DNA of 64,000 nt from Haplodiscus bocki (GCA_965655095.1 OZ296648.1:61318001-61382000), one strand, 5' to 3'; shown: positions 1-12,267, numbered from the stretch's first letter. Notes: generated from the letters alone by a model not told the origin. Numbers and translations are program-made.

Positions 1-214
1 ACTCGAAATGTAATGTACATTATATTTGATGGCAGTGAAATCTTTTTGATGGGTTTTCTAAGGAAAAAAAATAAGAACGATCTACATTGAACACATTTTG
101 AAAGCGTAAATCCATTTCATTTTCGTGAAGCTTCAGCGTTTTCTCTAAGAGGCGATGGCAAAAAATTTTTTTGAGAAGTTTTTGCTGCGATCCTAACATT
201 GAGCATTGGTTGCG

Positions 215-2070
215 TGGTAAATTTTGCTGCTGATTCGTGGTCGTGCGAAAGTGCCGGAAATAATATCAAAACATACAATTACGTTTTCGAGTTCCTGATT
301 TTCCACAACTGTGAGCTTGATTCCGTTCACCAAAAACTCAGGCAACACCGCTGTTTCGGACGACATTTTTCGCTACCTTGACGGAATATATCAAAATCTA
401 GGTCCTTCATTTTCCCATTTAGAGCTCCATGTTGCCATTTTTTTAACTCAACACTTTGAAAGAATTTTTTCCATCATAAACTATAAGTATGTTGCAGTTT
501 GACATTTTTTCGATGTTTTTTCCTTCGAAAAGTTCTTTGAAACGAAGTGTTCCATGGTTTTTGTAAGATTTCTGCGATTTTCAAATCTCTCATTTTGACA
601 CCTAGCTCATCAATTTACTTTAATGTTAATTAACCATAACACAAAATCTCAACTCTATGAGATACGTTTTTGTTTTTGCGATGACTAACTTTTTGGATAG
701 ATTTTTTGGAACAGATATTGAAAACTGAGTTTTTTCAAATTCTTTTCGTCAAATTTAGCCTTACGTAAAGCCGGGAAAAAACTGCAGCTTGCAATTTCGC
801 AGGAGAAATTAGCGAATCATTTTTCTACTATATTTCGATTGCTGGCACATTTTTCGCTGAGTTTTTATGCGAGAGAATCCTGAAAATCGGATCCGTTTGG
901 TGTTTCCAAATAGTTTGTCAGTTTGGAGTGTTTTATTTTGACAACTAGGCCTCTATTTTCCCTAATCTTTATATAGCTTTAATCAAACAATCCCAATCAT
1001 GTGATTGTAGCTTTTCGTTGGTGTCAATGTACAGCGCTAGAATTCTTCAAACTAACGCTGGGTTTCTATTTGCGATAAGTTTTGAGAAAGGAGTTCTTTT
1101 GATTTTTTTTTGTCAATTTGAGAACATATCTTCTTGAAACATGCCCAGGAACAATTCACACTTTGCGAAGGAGTGATGGAAGACTAGTTGGTTGTCTTTT
1201 AACGTATGCCTGCGGTAACCAATTACAGACTTTTTCGACAGGTTCTTTGGCGAAGAGAAATACAAAAAGAAATACTTTCAGCTACATTGATTTTTTTGTC
1301 AGTTTCAGTACCATGTTTTGAAAGATAGGCCGAAAAATGGCACAAATTTTCTAATGGCGCAACAAGGGGATTTCGGTGTTCTACTTGTTGGTTTGTGGTT
1401 GAGGTCAGAATCATTCTTGGTATGTTTCTGGTCGGCAGAAAGTGATGACTGAGCTGTTTATGTTATTTTAATTTATTTTTCAAGTTTTTTTTGTCAAGAT
1501 GCAGATATCTCTGAAAACCAGCAAAATTGTCAACTATTGGATCAAGAAGGCTCCGTTTATTTACCAATTCTTTTCGTGTCCATTTTTTTTTCAAATTTTA
1601 CGAAACAAATTCCAGATCAGGATAATTTGGCCCTTTGAAAGTTTTGTGAGAAATTATTTTTTTATCCTGGGAGCGAAGAACGAAGAAGAGGCCGGTTTGG
1701 CATTGCCTTATCAAAAATATTTCATTTGCTTTTTCAAAAACGTTTTAGTTGCACAGAGAGTTTTTTGATTGCTTTACTCAGGAAAAATATTTTTACCCTA
1801 TCTCGAATGCTTTTTGAAAGCTTAAATCTATTCCATATCCTTGAAGTTTTTAAGGCCCATTTTGGATGTGACCGCGCATTTTTTTTGTTTCTTTTTCAGA
1901 AACGCTTACAGTGAACCTAACACTGAGCCTTGAGAGCGCAAATCTTTTTGTTGCTGATTCGTGACCAACCGAAAGTGCCAGAAATGTTTTCAAAAGGTAC
2001 ATCTACGCGTTCTCGAGTTCTTAATTCTGCACAACTGCGATGTCTTCCATCACGATGTCAAACAACACTT
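215..2070. repeat. Dispersed repeat family upstream of the host gene
   Basis: 220-350 resembles 1940-2070 as a direct repeat. 1590-1710 matches the reverse complement of ~37625-37745. Confidence 0.55.
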
Positions 2071-2891
2071 CTCGACTTGAAGAGAACTAATCAATAGGAA
2101 ACTGATGGCTCTTTTTTTGCGTCCGAATCCTCGTAGTCCAAAAATGCCGAAAAAGTGTAATAGTTTTGACAAATCCCTTTTTCAAACTCTTATTTTTCCA
2201 TATCCACTGCATCAAGGTTGTAATTGGTATCTTTTTATCTGTAGAATGATCTTCGAATTGAAATTGCCTGATTTTGCAACAATCAACAAGCTTTTCACGA
2301 TTTCACCATGGGCTTAGATTGCCGACAAGTGCGACTGTTATTGATATTTTGTCATTTTTCAAACTCATTAATTTCTAAACTTCTTCTGCGATACAACATT
2401 GCTTGCAAAAGTGTAATAATAATTTATTATAAACTGATTATGGTATAAATTTACAAATAAAGAATCAAGAAATTAGTGGTTTGAATTCTTCCGACAATGT
2501 TTCATTCGAAAACCACTTGTTGTACGTTCGATCAGTCCTTTCTACACCCCTTTGACGGAAAAATTCGCAGTGCGACTGTGCCTCTTGTTTAATATTATTT
2601 CAAAACAAAGTTGAAGTTTTGGAAATGCCCAATTTAAGGTTCTTTTATCCCGTCACTCCTGTTTTTTATTCTTATGCTATTTTGTCATGGATTGTCAATT
2701 CTAAAATAATGCCATCAAAAATGGTAATTTTAAACTCCTAAATTTAAATTGCAATTGAAATTGGCTGAAACCTTGAAAACTTAAAAAAAAACATGGAAAG
2801 TTCGTTATTTGGCACAGTTTCGGTTGGTGCAAAAGTCATGATTTAACAAAAATGCAGGTTCGAATTTCGCTTTGTTCTTAGCAGCTAAAGA

Positions 2892-3059
2892 ATGACTTCA
2901 ATTGTGAGCTCCTCTAGAACGGATGAGAGACCTGGAGAGGTTCCTCCTCCAAAAGGTGGGTCAGCGGGTGCCATTGCTAGCCTGTACCGTCCGTTTGGAA
3001 TCCACTGGCTTGACTCTGCTCTTCAAGAAACTCTTCTTCCTGATGCTCCATGGCACAAG
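2892..3059 (+). CDS. TBC-like host gene, coding exon 1 (MTSIVSSSRTDERPGEV...PDAPWHK)
   Basis: ATG at 2892 has an in-frame TAA 6 nt upstream and a pyrimidine-rich TAGCAG acceptor ending at 2884. 56 open codons, then donor GTTTGA at 3060, phase 0. Confidence 0.8.
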
Positions 3060-3312
3060 GTTTGATTAGACTTAGTTTCAAGGCTTGTTTTGAGTTTTAC
3101 GCGAGTCAAAACTAGAAAATCTCGGAAAAACCAGTATCAAAATTTTTGATTGAATGAGTTTTCAACGACTATCAAAAAGTTTTCAATTACCGTTTCCATC
3201 CAAAAGTTCATACAACCATTCAAAACCATCAGAAAATCAAAGTAATCAGGAAACGAGAACTTTCAGTTGTGATTGAGAAACTAATGTTTCTATAAATCTT
3301 GTCAGTTAACAA

Positions 3313-4018
3313 CCCGGGTTGAAATCCCCAAGCAATTCAGCGCTGAACTGCTCCGTTTCAGAGATTTCATGATTTTAAGCGCTGATCACTGCTGTTTCAG
3401 AGTACGTGCAAAATACCAATGCTGATCAGCGTTGATTCTGCAGCAGCTCTAATTTCTTTCAAACGTAAATCAGATAAACCAGATCATCTGATTGTGATAC
3501 CGTAGTCAAACCACTATGAAATCACATAAATTGGTAATTAACATTAAATTTCAGCATGTAAAAACTGAATTTTCTAATATTTTTCTTACAGAATAACTTC
3601 AAAAATTGGAAAAATTTCAAATGCTTGCCCATTTAAGCTAATAATTGCAAAAAAATATTACGTAGCAGTTACGTTACTTTTATGGTACCAAAAAGTCCGA
3701 GAAAATAGATTTTTTCATCATACTTCTGCTCGCCCATATGAAACTAGAACAACTAGAAAGTTCATCGTTCGCATCTTCTCGCAAAATGGGCCACAAATCA
3801 GGATTTTCGCCACGATTTAAACGTTTTAGAAAACCTCGAAATGTATCGGAAGAAATTGAGAAATCCTATATTCTGAATGCATACAAAATCAATGCTGTGT
3901 CAGAGATTTTCAGGTAATGAACAGCGCTGAATTAGAACTGAAACAGCCCTGGACATCTCTGATAAGTTCTGAATCAGAGCTGATTAACGTTGAATGTCTC
4001 TGAAATGTCACCCCCGGG
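3313..4018. mobile_element. CCCGGG-ended MITE with TCAGCGCTGA subterminal repeats
   Basis: Ends CCCGGGTTGA...TCACCCCCGGG; repeated (T)CAGCGCTG(A) palindromes in both arms; related copies elsewhere in the window. Confidence 0.65.
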
Positions 4019-4193
4019 ATGAGTTTTTGAATGGATGCTAATGAAATGTTCCTGTGCCCCATGATACTTTGATTTTAAATATTTTGCCATAAAGATATCA
4101 CTGCTTTTATCACGACGGATGTGTTGTAATCCTTGAGAAATTGGGAGCGTAATAGAATGCTTATAAAAATGATCGTGGGTAAAATTTTTTTAG

Positions 4194-4340
4194 CTGAGTG
4201 AAGAAATTGGAACGAGCTGGGCAGCTAGACTACGTCAGGTGATGGAGTACCCGGAGAAAAGACAAATGGTGTTCGAAATAGCAGGACCGCAATTTGTGTC
4301 GCAACACTTTTCGGATTTGCCCAACGAACCCATGATATTG
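4194..4340 (+). CDS. TBC-like host gene, exon 2 (LSEEIGTSWAARLRQVMEYP...NEPMIL)
   Basis: TTTTTTTAG acceptor, 147 nt open, GTAAGA donor; phase 0/0. Confidence 0.85.
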
Positions 4341-4647
4341 GTAAGAAAAACAACGAATTTTAGTTGCAGTAAAAGTAATTACTACATCAATCAAGTTGGC
4401 TAAAACTAAAGAATGTCTAGAGATATTTCTATATTTCACTTTTGATTTTTTGAATTTATGACTCTGTAATCTGGAATTCTTTTCTGAGCAAACAATTATG
4501 ACGAATTTTTAGTGCTCACTGACAGAAATGTTGTATTCTATTATATAATAGATGAGAATATCAGTTCATTTGAAATTGGAAATAAAATCAAATGCCGGTA
4601 TACTCGTATATAATTTAATCAAGGTTTCTACTAGTAAAACGTTTCAG

Positions 4648-4899
4648 GAAGAACCCCAAATGGTTGGTCGTATCAGGAAAGCGCTGAGAGCGAATGCCTT
4701 GTCTTTCATGAACAGTCAATTACAAGCAGCTGTTAAAGAATTAGGGCTCCTGCCTGATAACGTCTCAAATCGGGGAGGTATGAATGGAGAATCAAATGGA
4801 GACGAAAACTCGAAACCCGCTGCACTGAAAGAGTTTATAGAAGAAACACGGGAACGATTTATGACCGCTTTAGATCGTCACTTGCTTCTTGGGGACCAA
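4648..4899 (+). CDS. TBC-like host gene, exon 3 (EEPQMVGRIRKALRAN...HLLLGDQ)
   Basis: TTTCAG acceptor, 252 nt inside ORF 4552..4911, GTTAGT donor; phase 0/0. Confidence 0.85.
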
Positions 4900-5230
4900 G
4901 TTAGTCGGTAGAGTTATAGCAATCGAGGATTAAATCATCAGTAATTTGAGAAGACATAGTTTTTGAAAGGTTCTCCAGCTCTCATTTTTCTGTGATATTG
5001 ACCAAAGACATTATGCTTGCTGTTGATTCGGATTTTTATATCCTTGCGATGCACGTGTAAGATTATACTATTCTGGTTTAAATATCATGCTCCTAGACTT
5101 CCCAAAGTACCAGGACATTTTTTGCTCTTTTTTAAAAGTATCTAATTTATAATCAATATATTGCAGATCAACAACTCCCGGATGAAGTAAATTAGTTTTG
5201 ACAAAATACTTTTGGAGTAAATTTTTACAG

Positions 5231-5267
5231 AGAAAGTTTAGTTGTACGATGAGCACCTCAAACGCAG
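5231..5267 (+). CDS. TBC-like host gene, exon 4 (RKFSCTMSTSNA), 37 nt
   Basis: TTTTTACAG acceptor, GTGAAT donor. It supplies the phase 0 to phase 1 change needed to read exon 5. Confidence 0.65.
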
Positions 5268-5507
5268 GTGAATTGAAAAAATTGACATACCAATCGCATG
5301 GAGACTCCAATGAAGTTTCGACACGGTACACAATCCCTCAGAACGGTGTTCCACTCAGTTTCAAAACACATTCCTTAGGAATGGAAAGGACAGTTTTGTG
5401 GTAGATAAGCTCCCTGTCGCTTCATCACTGGTAATAACAACAAAGTAGAGGAGCCCTAGTAGTTTCATTGAACCTTTTTTAAACAGCTGGACTTCAAACC
5501 TTTTCAG

Positions 5508-5579
5508 ATTACCTTAGAGAGGAGCTGCAACGCAGTCTACATGTTTTATCATTAAGGGGGACTGATAGTCGCGCCACCT
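5508..5579 (+). CDS. TBC-like host gene, exon 5 (DYLREELQRSLHVLSLRGTDSRAT)
   Basis: CTTTTCAG acceptor, GTAAGC donor, 72 nt, phase 1/1. Confidence 0.75.
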
Positions 5580-6369
5580 GTAAGCATGGTATTCCCAGCA
5601 GCCCCAATTCAGCAAACACATGACTTTTTACGAGTTTACTAACTTAAAATAAGGAATTGTCGCATTATATGCCCAACTGTTATCTCACTGATCAAGGTGA
5701 TCGAAACTTTATTTTGGCACAAGCTTATCTCACTTATCTAGTCGCTATTTTCAATGAATACTTCAAGTTGCCACTTGTGTGACGTAACGGTAACACACTT
5801 GGAAGCTCCGTACTGCACTCGACTTGCGCATGTGCCCAAAATTTGGCTCATCATTGCAAAAAAAATTCAAAGCTCTCATGGAGATGAAGTAATCTTTGAA
5901 ACTGTTGTTGACATCAGTGTACTTGTGTTCCAATCGACAACTCGCTTTACTGTATTAATTACTGTACTAATCCGATTTTTCGTGTTATTTGTTGTTGTTC
6001 AAGTAGTTCTCTGTACTTGAAACTTCTGAATTCACGCCCAATGAGCCTTTGAACAAATTTTCATCAACGCTACTATGGAGAGTCACTTCTGAAAGCTTTG
6101 TCAAACTACATAGATAACTAAAGAACAAAGCTAACAATCCAAGAACATAACCAAGCTAAAGACAACAAAATTTGAGTAGAGTTTGTAAGATCAGAATGTT
6201 TGGGCTAGTTGCATTTGATTAAAGATGACAACCAACAACCAAGACTTTTCTAAATTTACAAAGTTGAAAGTACTTTGACACTTAAGTTCATCGCTTGAAA
6301 AGTTTAAAAAGTCGTTTCAAGTCATTTTGAATAAATTTGGGACAAATTCAGGAATATTACCAGGAAAAA

Positions 6370-8109
6370 TATTTATTATTTTTTTGCCGCATATGTAGTA
6401 TGCAAAAAAAATTACTCATTCAGTAGGGTCGTTTTTCTTTTTTTTCTCAGTCCGAAATTGCCAACTCTTCTTATACAAAAATAAATGACAGCAATGGGGT
6501 TAGGACAATGTGGTTCTCAAGCAATATGTCCGGGTTCGAGTCTCAGTCGTGCCAAATATTTTTATGATTTCACTGACAATTTTCAGAAACTCCAATGGTT
6601 CACATGGCAGAGTGGGTAGGAAAACAAGGTTTTGAAGCGGTAGGCACGGGTTCGAATGCCAGCCTATACCTATATTTTTTAAATTAAATATTATGACGGA
6701 AAATTGTGATACCGCCCCCCTCTTATGCATGAAAAGTTTCGTTACCAGAATTTTTCTGAAACCAAGAAGAGTTCCCCTACGAAATTTTTCGACGCTGAGT
6801 CAAAAAATTTTCGACGGAAACTCTTGATACTCCCTCCCTCCCTCCTTTTATCCATAAAATTTTTTGCTACCAGAAATTCTCTGAAACACTGCACAGAAAG
6901 GTTCCTCTACGAAAAGTTTCGGTGCTGTGAGACAAAATAATTTCGACGCATAATACTCGCCCCCTTCTCTTATCCTTAACATTTTTCTTTACCAAAGTTT
7001 TCTGAAACACAGAAGGGTTCCTCTACGAAATGTTTCGGTGCTGTGAGACTAAACAATTTCAAAGGAAATTTGTGATATCGCCCCCTTTCTGATTCTTAAC
7101 ATTTTTCTTTACCACATTTTTCTCAAACACAGAAGGGTTCCCCTACAAAGTTTTTCGGTACCGTGAGACGGAAAAATTCTCAACGGAAAATCGTGATAAA
7201 CTATAGAAATCAGAGGTGGAATTGATATTTTTCGAAAACCTTTGAAAACTAGATTCAACACAGTAGTCTAGTTGTTAACCGTTTGCAAAAGTTGATCAAA
7301 CTATTTTTTAGTTTGGAGAAAAATATGCTGGTGCTAGCCGGGCGTCTTGTTTCTCATTTTCCCACTTTATTTGTTAAATGTTGATTTTTTTCCATAGCAG
7401 ATTTAGCTGCAACAATTTGAGTCAAAGAATTTTCGACGGAAAATCGTGATACTCCCTCCCTCCCCCCTCTTATCCATAAAATTTTTCGATACCAGAAATT
7501 TTTTAAAACACAGAAGGGTTCCACCACCAAATTTTTCGGTACTGTGAGACAAAAATTTTCAACAGAAAATCGTGATATCCCCCTCTTATCCATTAAAGTT
7601 TTCGATACCCGAAATTAGTGAAACACTAAAGGGTTCCCCTACGAAATTTTTCGTCACTGTGAGAACAAAAAATTTTTGACGGAGAATCGTGATACTCCCT
7701 CCTTCCCCCTCTTATCCATAAAGTTTTCAATACCAGAAATTTTCTGAAACACAGAAGGATTCCCTTTCGAAGTTTTTCGTTACAGTGAGACAACAAATTT
7801 TCGAACGAAAATCGCAATGCCAGCTTTTTTCTCTTTTATCCTTCACATTTTTGGATACCAGAAATGTACTGAAACACAAAATGGTTTCTCCACGAAGTTT
7901 TTCGGCACTGTGAGACAAAAAATTTTCAACGGAGAATCGTGATACTCTTTTGCATAAAGTATAGAAATCAGTTGTGGAATTGATGATTGTAGAAAAACGT
8001 TTGAAAACTAAATTCAAAACAGTAGTTTCCTTTTAAACCGTTTGCAAGAGTTGGTCGAAATATTTGTAGTTGTGCGAAAAATATGCGGGTGGTAGTCGGC
8101 CGTCTTGTT
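6370..8109 (-). mobile_element. Two adjacent Helentron-like non-autonomous elements with internal ~110-bp tandem repeats
   Basis: Both copies end in GC/TCGG(G/C)CGTCTTGTT (7351, 8109). Internal units TCGTGATAC...AAACACAGAAGGGTTCC...GTGAGACA are repeated about 4-5 times per copy. The same terminus occurs at 62173. The left boundary is approximate. Confidence 0.55.
6488..6668 (+). other. Two tandem tRNA-derived (non-functional) segments
   Basis: 6488-6553 has a B-box-like GGGTTCGAGTCTC and a CTC loop. 6597-6668 has A-box TGGCAGAGTGG, a TTG loop and B-box GGGTTCGAATGCC. The acceptor stems do not pair. Confidence 0.5.
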
Positions 8110-9111
8110 TAATTCTACAATCAACAGAAAATTATGTGTGGGGATAGGTCAGATAAAGCTGAAAATCTTCTCTTGTTTCAAGTCTGATCTAAAAATACGA
8201 GCTATACGCGTAAGGCAACCATTGGGCATTCCAACGCATGGCAACTGTATTAATTCTAAATAATTTTAAACAAACGCACGCCAAAATTTGAAGGCTGTGT
8301 GATAATGTTGAGAAAAGTTCGTAATGTTGCTAACACTTCCACAACTTTGTTATTTTTGTTGTCGGTCACAATTGTATTGTAACCCACAAAACTTGCTAAA
8401 ATTCAACAAGAGGTTTTAAAAAAGACTTCAATGATATCAAAGGAGCATCTGAATATAAATCACGGGAAGCTGCATCGAAATTACCAAAACTGTTTCACAA
8501 GGTTTCCGTAACGTTTGAAATCATTTCGTGCACGTTTGAGGGTGGCACACCTGCTAGTGCTCTCTCTCTCTACCTCAAAGTTTTTTAGCCTTATTTAAGA
8601 TCGATGCTTTACGTAGCCATGTATTTAGATAAAAAGTCAGTATACATATTGCTCGAGTTCTTCTGAGTGGTTCGTTTATCTTAAAAGTATCAAAAATATA
8701 TGGTTGCTGGAGATTTACAGCTCCAAAACTGTCCATATAGTTAGCTAAAAAAATTGACAGCAAATAGTTGAAAACGCCGAAAAACAAAGTTCACGAAGAC
8801 TTTTTTTTTCAAAATTTGTAATATATGAATTGCATTTTTCTCTATCCTATATATTCTTATATGAAAAATTTAGTTACCTAACAAATACCTGGCATACGCA
8901 TGAACTTTTTTTGTCAGTGAGAGACTCAAAATTTTAGACGTAAATGTGTTCCAAAAACGTTCAATATTTTGATGATAATAGTTGATACTTCGTTTGAAAG
9001 AATCAATTGACTGGTTCATCTAATGCATCTGCTGCATTCAAGCTAAGTTTCTCAGGTTTTGCATAATTTTAAATTGGTTGTCACGTTTATTTTTATTTTT
9101 ACTGGCCGAAG

Positions 9112-9291
9112 GTTTCGTAGAAGAAAGTGAATCAAAAACTGCAGATGAAGATGAGATTGCACCAAACAGGAAACGTGATGTGTCTCCTTTATCCAGCGTA
9201 GGAGGGCGATCGGCAGAAAAAATGGAGGAAAAACATAGAAACACTCAAAATAGAACTGATGGATTTGGAAAAAGAATCAATTACAGTCGAA
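9112..9291 (+). CDS. TBC-like host gene, exon 6 (CFVEESESKTADEDE...GKRINYSR)
   Basis: T-rich tract then AAG acceptor at 9111, donor GTAACT at 9292, phase 1/1. The AG at 9120 would create a TAA, so the exact 5' boundary is less certain. Confidence 0.65.
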
Positions 9292-9393
9292 GTAACTCGA
9301 ATTTTTAGTTTCTTTAACACGTAGAATTTCCTTTTATTTGATGGTCTTTAATCAGCGTGCAATATCGTAAACTTAAAAAATTTAAAGCGCTCA

Positions 9394-10142
9394 CCCGAGT
9401 TGAAAAAAAACATGACTTCTATGCCATGATCATACTATGACCATGGCGAAACATGGTCATGATCATGCCATGATGACGGCATGGCGGCAATGTTTCTTGG
9501 CATGGTTGTCATGATTCATGGCATGATCATGGTATGATCATCATGTTTTCCATGTTTTGCTTAAAAAAATGGATTCCTTGTCAATGTTTTCTTAAATAGT
9601 TGCTGCCATTTACCATTATATGGGACAATGGACTCGCTTTAGAGGAATTTACGCCTCCAAACACGAGAGTTAACAAGATTAAACGAAGATGACTCCAGAA
9701 GGACTTAGAGGTTGCTTCGGTAATAACCGAAAAGCAAGTTCTTATTAAACAACAGTTTCAATATAACATACATATTATAGCTTTGTGTTATTTTTGGTAA
9801 TTTCGAAATTTTGAGAGAGAAATCCATTTTAGTAAATATCTTTCTGGTAGTTTCTGATGGGTTTGTTCAACCTATTCAGCATTCAAAAGTAATGGACTAC
9901 CACCTGGTTACTAATTGACAAAGCTGGCTGGATAATTAGCGTCCTGACTACGTTATAATATTGGCCATGGTCACCATGGCATGGTCATGCTATTTTCCAA
10001 GACGGCCATGCCATCATCATGTTATATTTCATGATGACCATGACATGATCTTACCATGACCATACCATGGCGAGTATGAATCACCATGATCATACCATGT
10101 CATAGCATGATCACCATGTTTGACCATCGCCGTCAACCTGGG
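9394..10142. mobile_element. CCC-ended MITE with CATG/CCATGAT subterminal repeats (CMC/EnSpm-like)
   Basis: Ends CCCGAGTTGA...TCAACCTGGG with a 2-bp TSD CA on both sides; dense CATG repeats in both arms. Confidence 0.65.
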
Positions 10143-10401
10143 CAGCGTTTAAAATGTAACGTGGTCCCAAGACCATGCGACTTTGGTTTTCGAATCAAAA
10201 TTAGCTTCAATTAAAAACTGAGTAAGCAAGTGATTGCTGCTTTGTTTAGATTTCAGAAACAAATAATATACGATTAGCTTTTGAAATCTATACAAAAAAG
10301 CAGTCACTATAGGTGTCGTCATGACTTTTTTCTTGTAAAATTGGCGTTCAAATTTTTTATTATCAAAAGCCCGATTTTTCACACTTTCATTTGAACAGGA
10401 A

Positions 10402-11534
10402 GGCACTACGACAACTTGCCATAAGCGACAACTTGCCATAAGCGACAACTCGCCATTAAATCCAAAAGGCGACAACTTGCCACAAATTTAAAAAGGCGAC
10501 AACTTGCCGCAAAACTTCAAAGGCGACAACTAGCCACAAAATATAGGACGCGGCGGTACGTTTCAATGAAAATGCGCGCATTGTTTACCAATTAATCAAA
10601 CTGATTGACAGATTAAATTTAAACTTACAAATTACTGTCGAAAAGAAAGTTCACTTCATTAATGATTGACAAGTTGAATCGAACGTTCCTAAGGTGGCTC
10701 AGAAGCCTTGTTTACAAACATGAGTTACTTCAAAAGCTTTACTTGAAATGTTTCTCTGATATCTATTACATTGCTATGCAAACAAATTGCACATGATTTC
10801 TTCATGAAGATGTCAACATGACCGTGGTCAAGAGGTACGATATATGACTATCGCAACTATAATTGAGGTTCGACTCTCAGAATCCGCTCCAAATTTTACC
10901 GAATTATAGATCGCTCAGGTGATTAGTTACCCAATCCTAGGTAATCAAGGAAAAGTTCAGGAAAAGCGAGGCTCCGTGACCCCACGTGATTAAATGAAAG
11001 TCCTTCTAGAACAGACATTAAATTATTGTTTTGATAATGGTTGAGAAGTTGTTGAAGACGCTGGCGGTGAGGCTCCATTTTGGCATTGACTGGCAATATT
11101 TCTCCTGCGCGTATTCTTGCAATGCGGTTTTCAGTGAAGCTCTGTTCCTTGCGCAGGTACTGCAAGAAGCCTATAATTACGTCTTCGGGAGGAATTAGGG
11201 CCAATGATACGCAAGACTTTATCAAAATTCTAACTTTCATTTGTTGTCAGTAAATTGATGATTATCTACATCCGTTTAATGCAGACTTAATTAGTATTTG
11301 TGTTACTGGTTAATTATTTATTATTCTGTGGATTAACCTGCTAATTTTTATTGCGCGCATTTCTTGGTTGAGTGCTTTAATCTAATCAGTTTAATTATTA
11401 TGGCAAGTTGTCGCCCCTCCTTTTTGTGGCGACCTGTCGCCTCGATCGATTTGTGGCAAGTTGTCGCCTTTTGATTCCAATGGCGACTTGTCGCTTATGG
11501 CGAGTTGTCGCTTATGGCAAGTTGTCGCTTTACG
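10402..11534 (-). mobile_element. Mutator-like (MULE) non-autonomous deletion derivative
   Basis: Perfect 9-bp TSD GAACAGGAA (10393-10401 and 11535-11543). ~135-bp inverted ends are built of GCGACAACTTGCCA units. Internal ORF 10923..11240 has LALIPPEDVIIGF fused to LRKEQ...RLQQLL...VLEGLS, typical of a MULE transposase C-terminus. Confidence 0.85.
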
Positions 11535-11850
11535 GAACAGGAACTGATGCTGAAGCAGCAGTTCATTTTCACAATTCAATTTTTGTTGTGAACATCTTGG
11601 ACATTTTTAAAATCTTGGCTATGATGAAATATGTTGAATATTTCTCAAAACTACTTCTTACTTCATGATGAAGAATTAATTCTCAATCTGAAACAAGTAT
11701 GCTTTTGTAGGTTACATACGAAGCATCAATATATGTATGTACTTTCGAATGTACTTTTCTTATTGTTTTGTGATAAACTTGAGTTTTTCAGTAAGTGTTC
11801 GAAATTTTATATCCACCAAAACAGTAATATTTAACTTAATTTTGCCACAG

Positions 11851-11984
11851 GAGTTTTTCTTCAACCAGAGAATAAGCAGCCATTCGCACAGTCTTTTCCA
11901 GGCAAGTGTTGGTCTCCCGAGAGCGAGGTCCTTGGACTATCTGTCCGTTCAATCCTTGAAAGAGATCCATCTCGTCTGAAACAG
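11851..11984 (+). CDS. TBC-like host gene, exon 7 (RVFLQPENKQPFAQSFPGKCWSPESEVLG...RLKQ)
   Basis: TTTGCCACAG acceptor, GTACTT donor, open in phase 1 to phase 0. Confidence 0.85.
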
Positions 11985-12172
11985 GTACTTTCGCAACGTA
12001 TCATTTCAACATTTCACACAAGGATAAAAATGGAATTAAGAATTTTATTATCAATATTGCGTGCAATCAAGTTATCTCGGCGGCCACAGCGTATGAAATA
12101 AAAACAAAACTTAAATTCATTTAACCTGACTTTTTTGTAGCTGCTCTTCGCAAACAGAGCTGTTGTTTACAG

Positions 12173-12267
12173 ATTTGTGGAAAACTACACGGGAAATTTC
12201 TACCATCCACACTCCGAAGCTACTTGTGGGGGGAAGTTTTGTTCCAGAAGGAGCTCAACGGACCGAG
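12173..12267 (+). CDS. TBC-like host gene, exon 8 (ICGKLHGKFLPSTLRSYLWGEVLFQKELNGP)
   Basis: TTTACAG acceptor, GTAAGA donor, phase 0 to 2. LPSTLRSYLW matches the TBC N-terminal 'IPxxLRxxxW' motif. Confidence 0.85.

Noticed and set aside
5167-5186. Possible 20-nt micro-exon (TTGCAG...GTAAAT)
   Set aside because: Inclusion shifts the frame and creates a stop in exon 4.
6488-6668. Functional tRNA-Glu/tRNA-Gln genes
   Set aside because: Acceptor and anticodon stems do not pair, and the segments are embedded in a repeat element.
9202-9291. Alternative frame in exon 6 (EGDRQKKWRKNIETLKIELMDLEKESITVE) suggesting a frameshift or tiny intron
   Set aside because: It ends in phase 0, whereas exon 7 needs phase 1; the uninterrupted frame already fits.
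10409-10540. CRISPR-like spaced repeats GCGACAACTTGCCA
   Set aside because: Eukaryotic context, short irregular spacers, and an inverted counterpart at 11400-11534; these are MULE terminal repeats.
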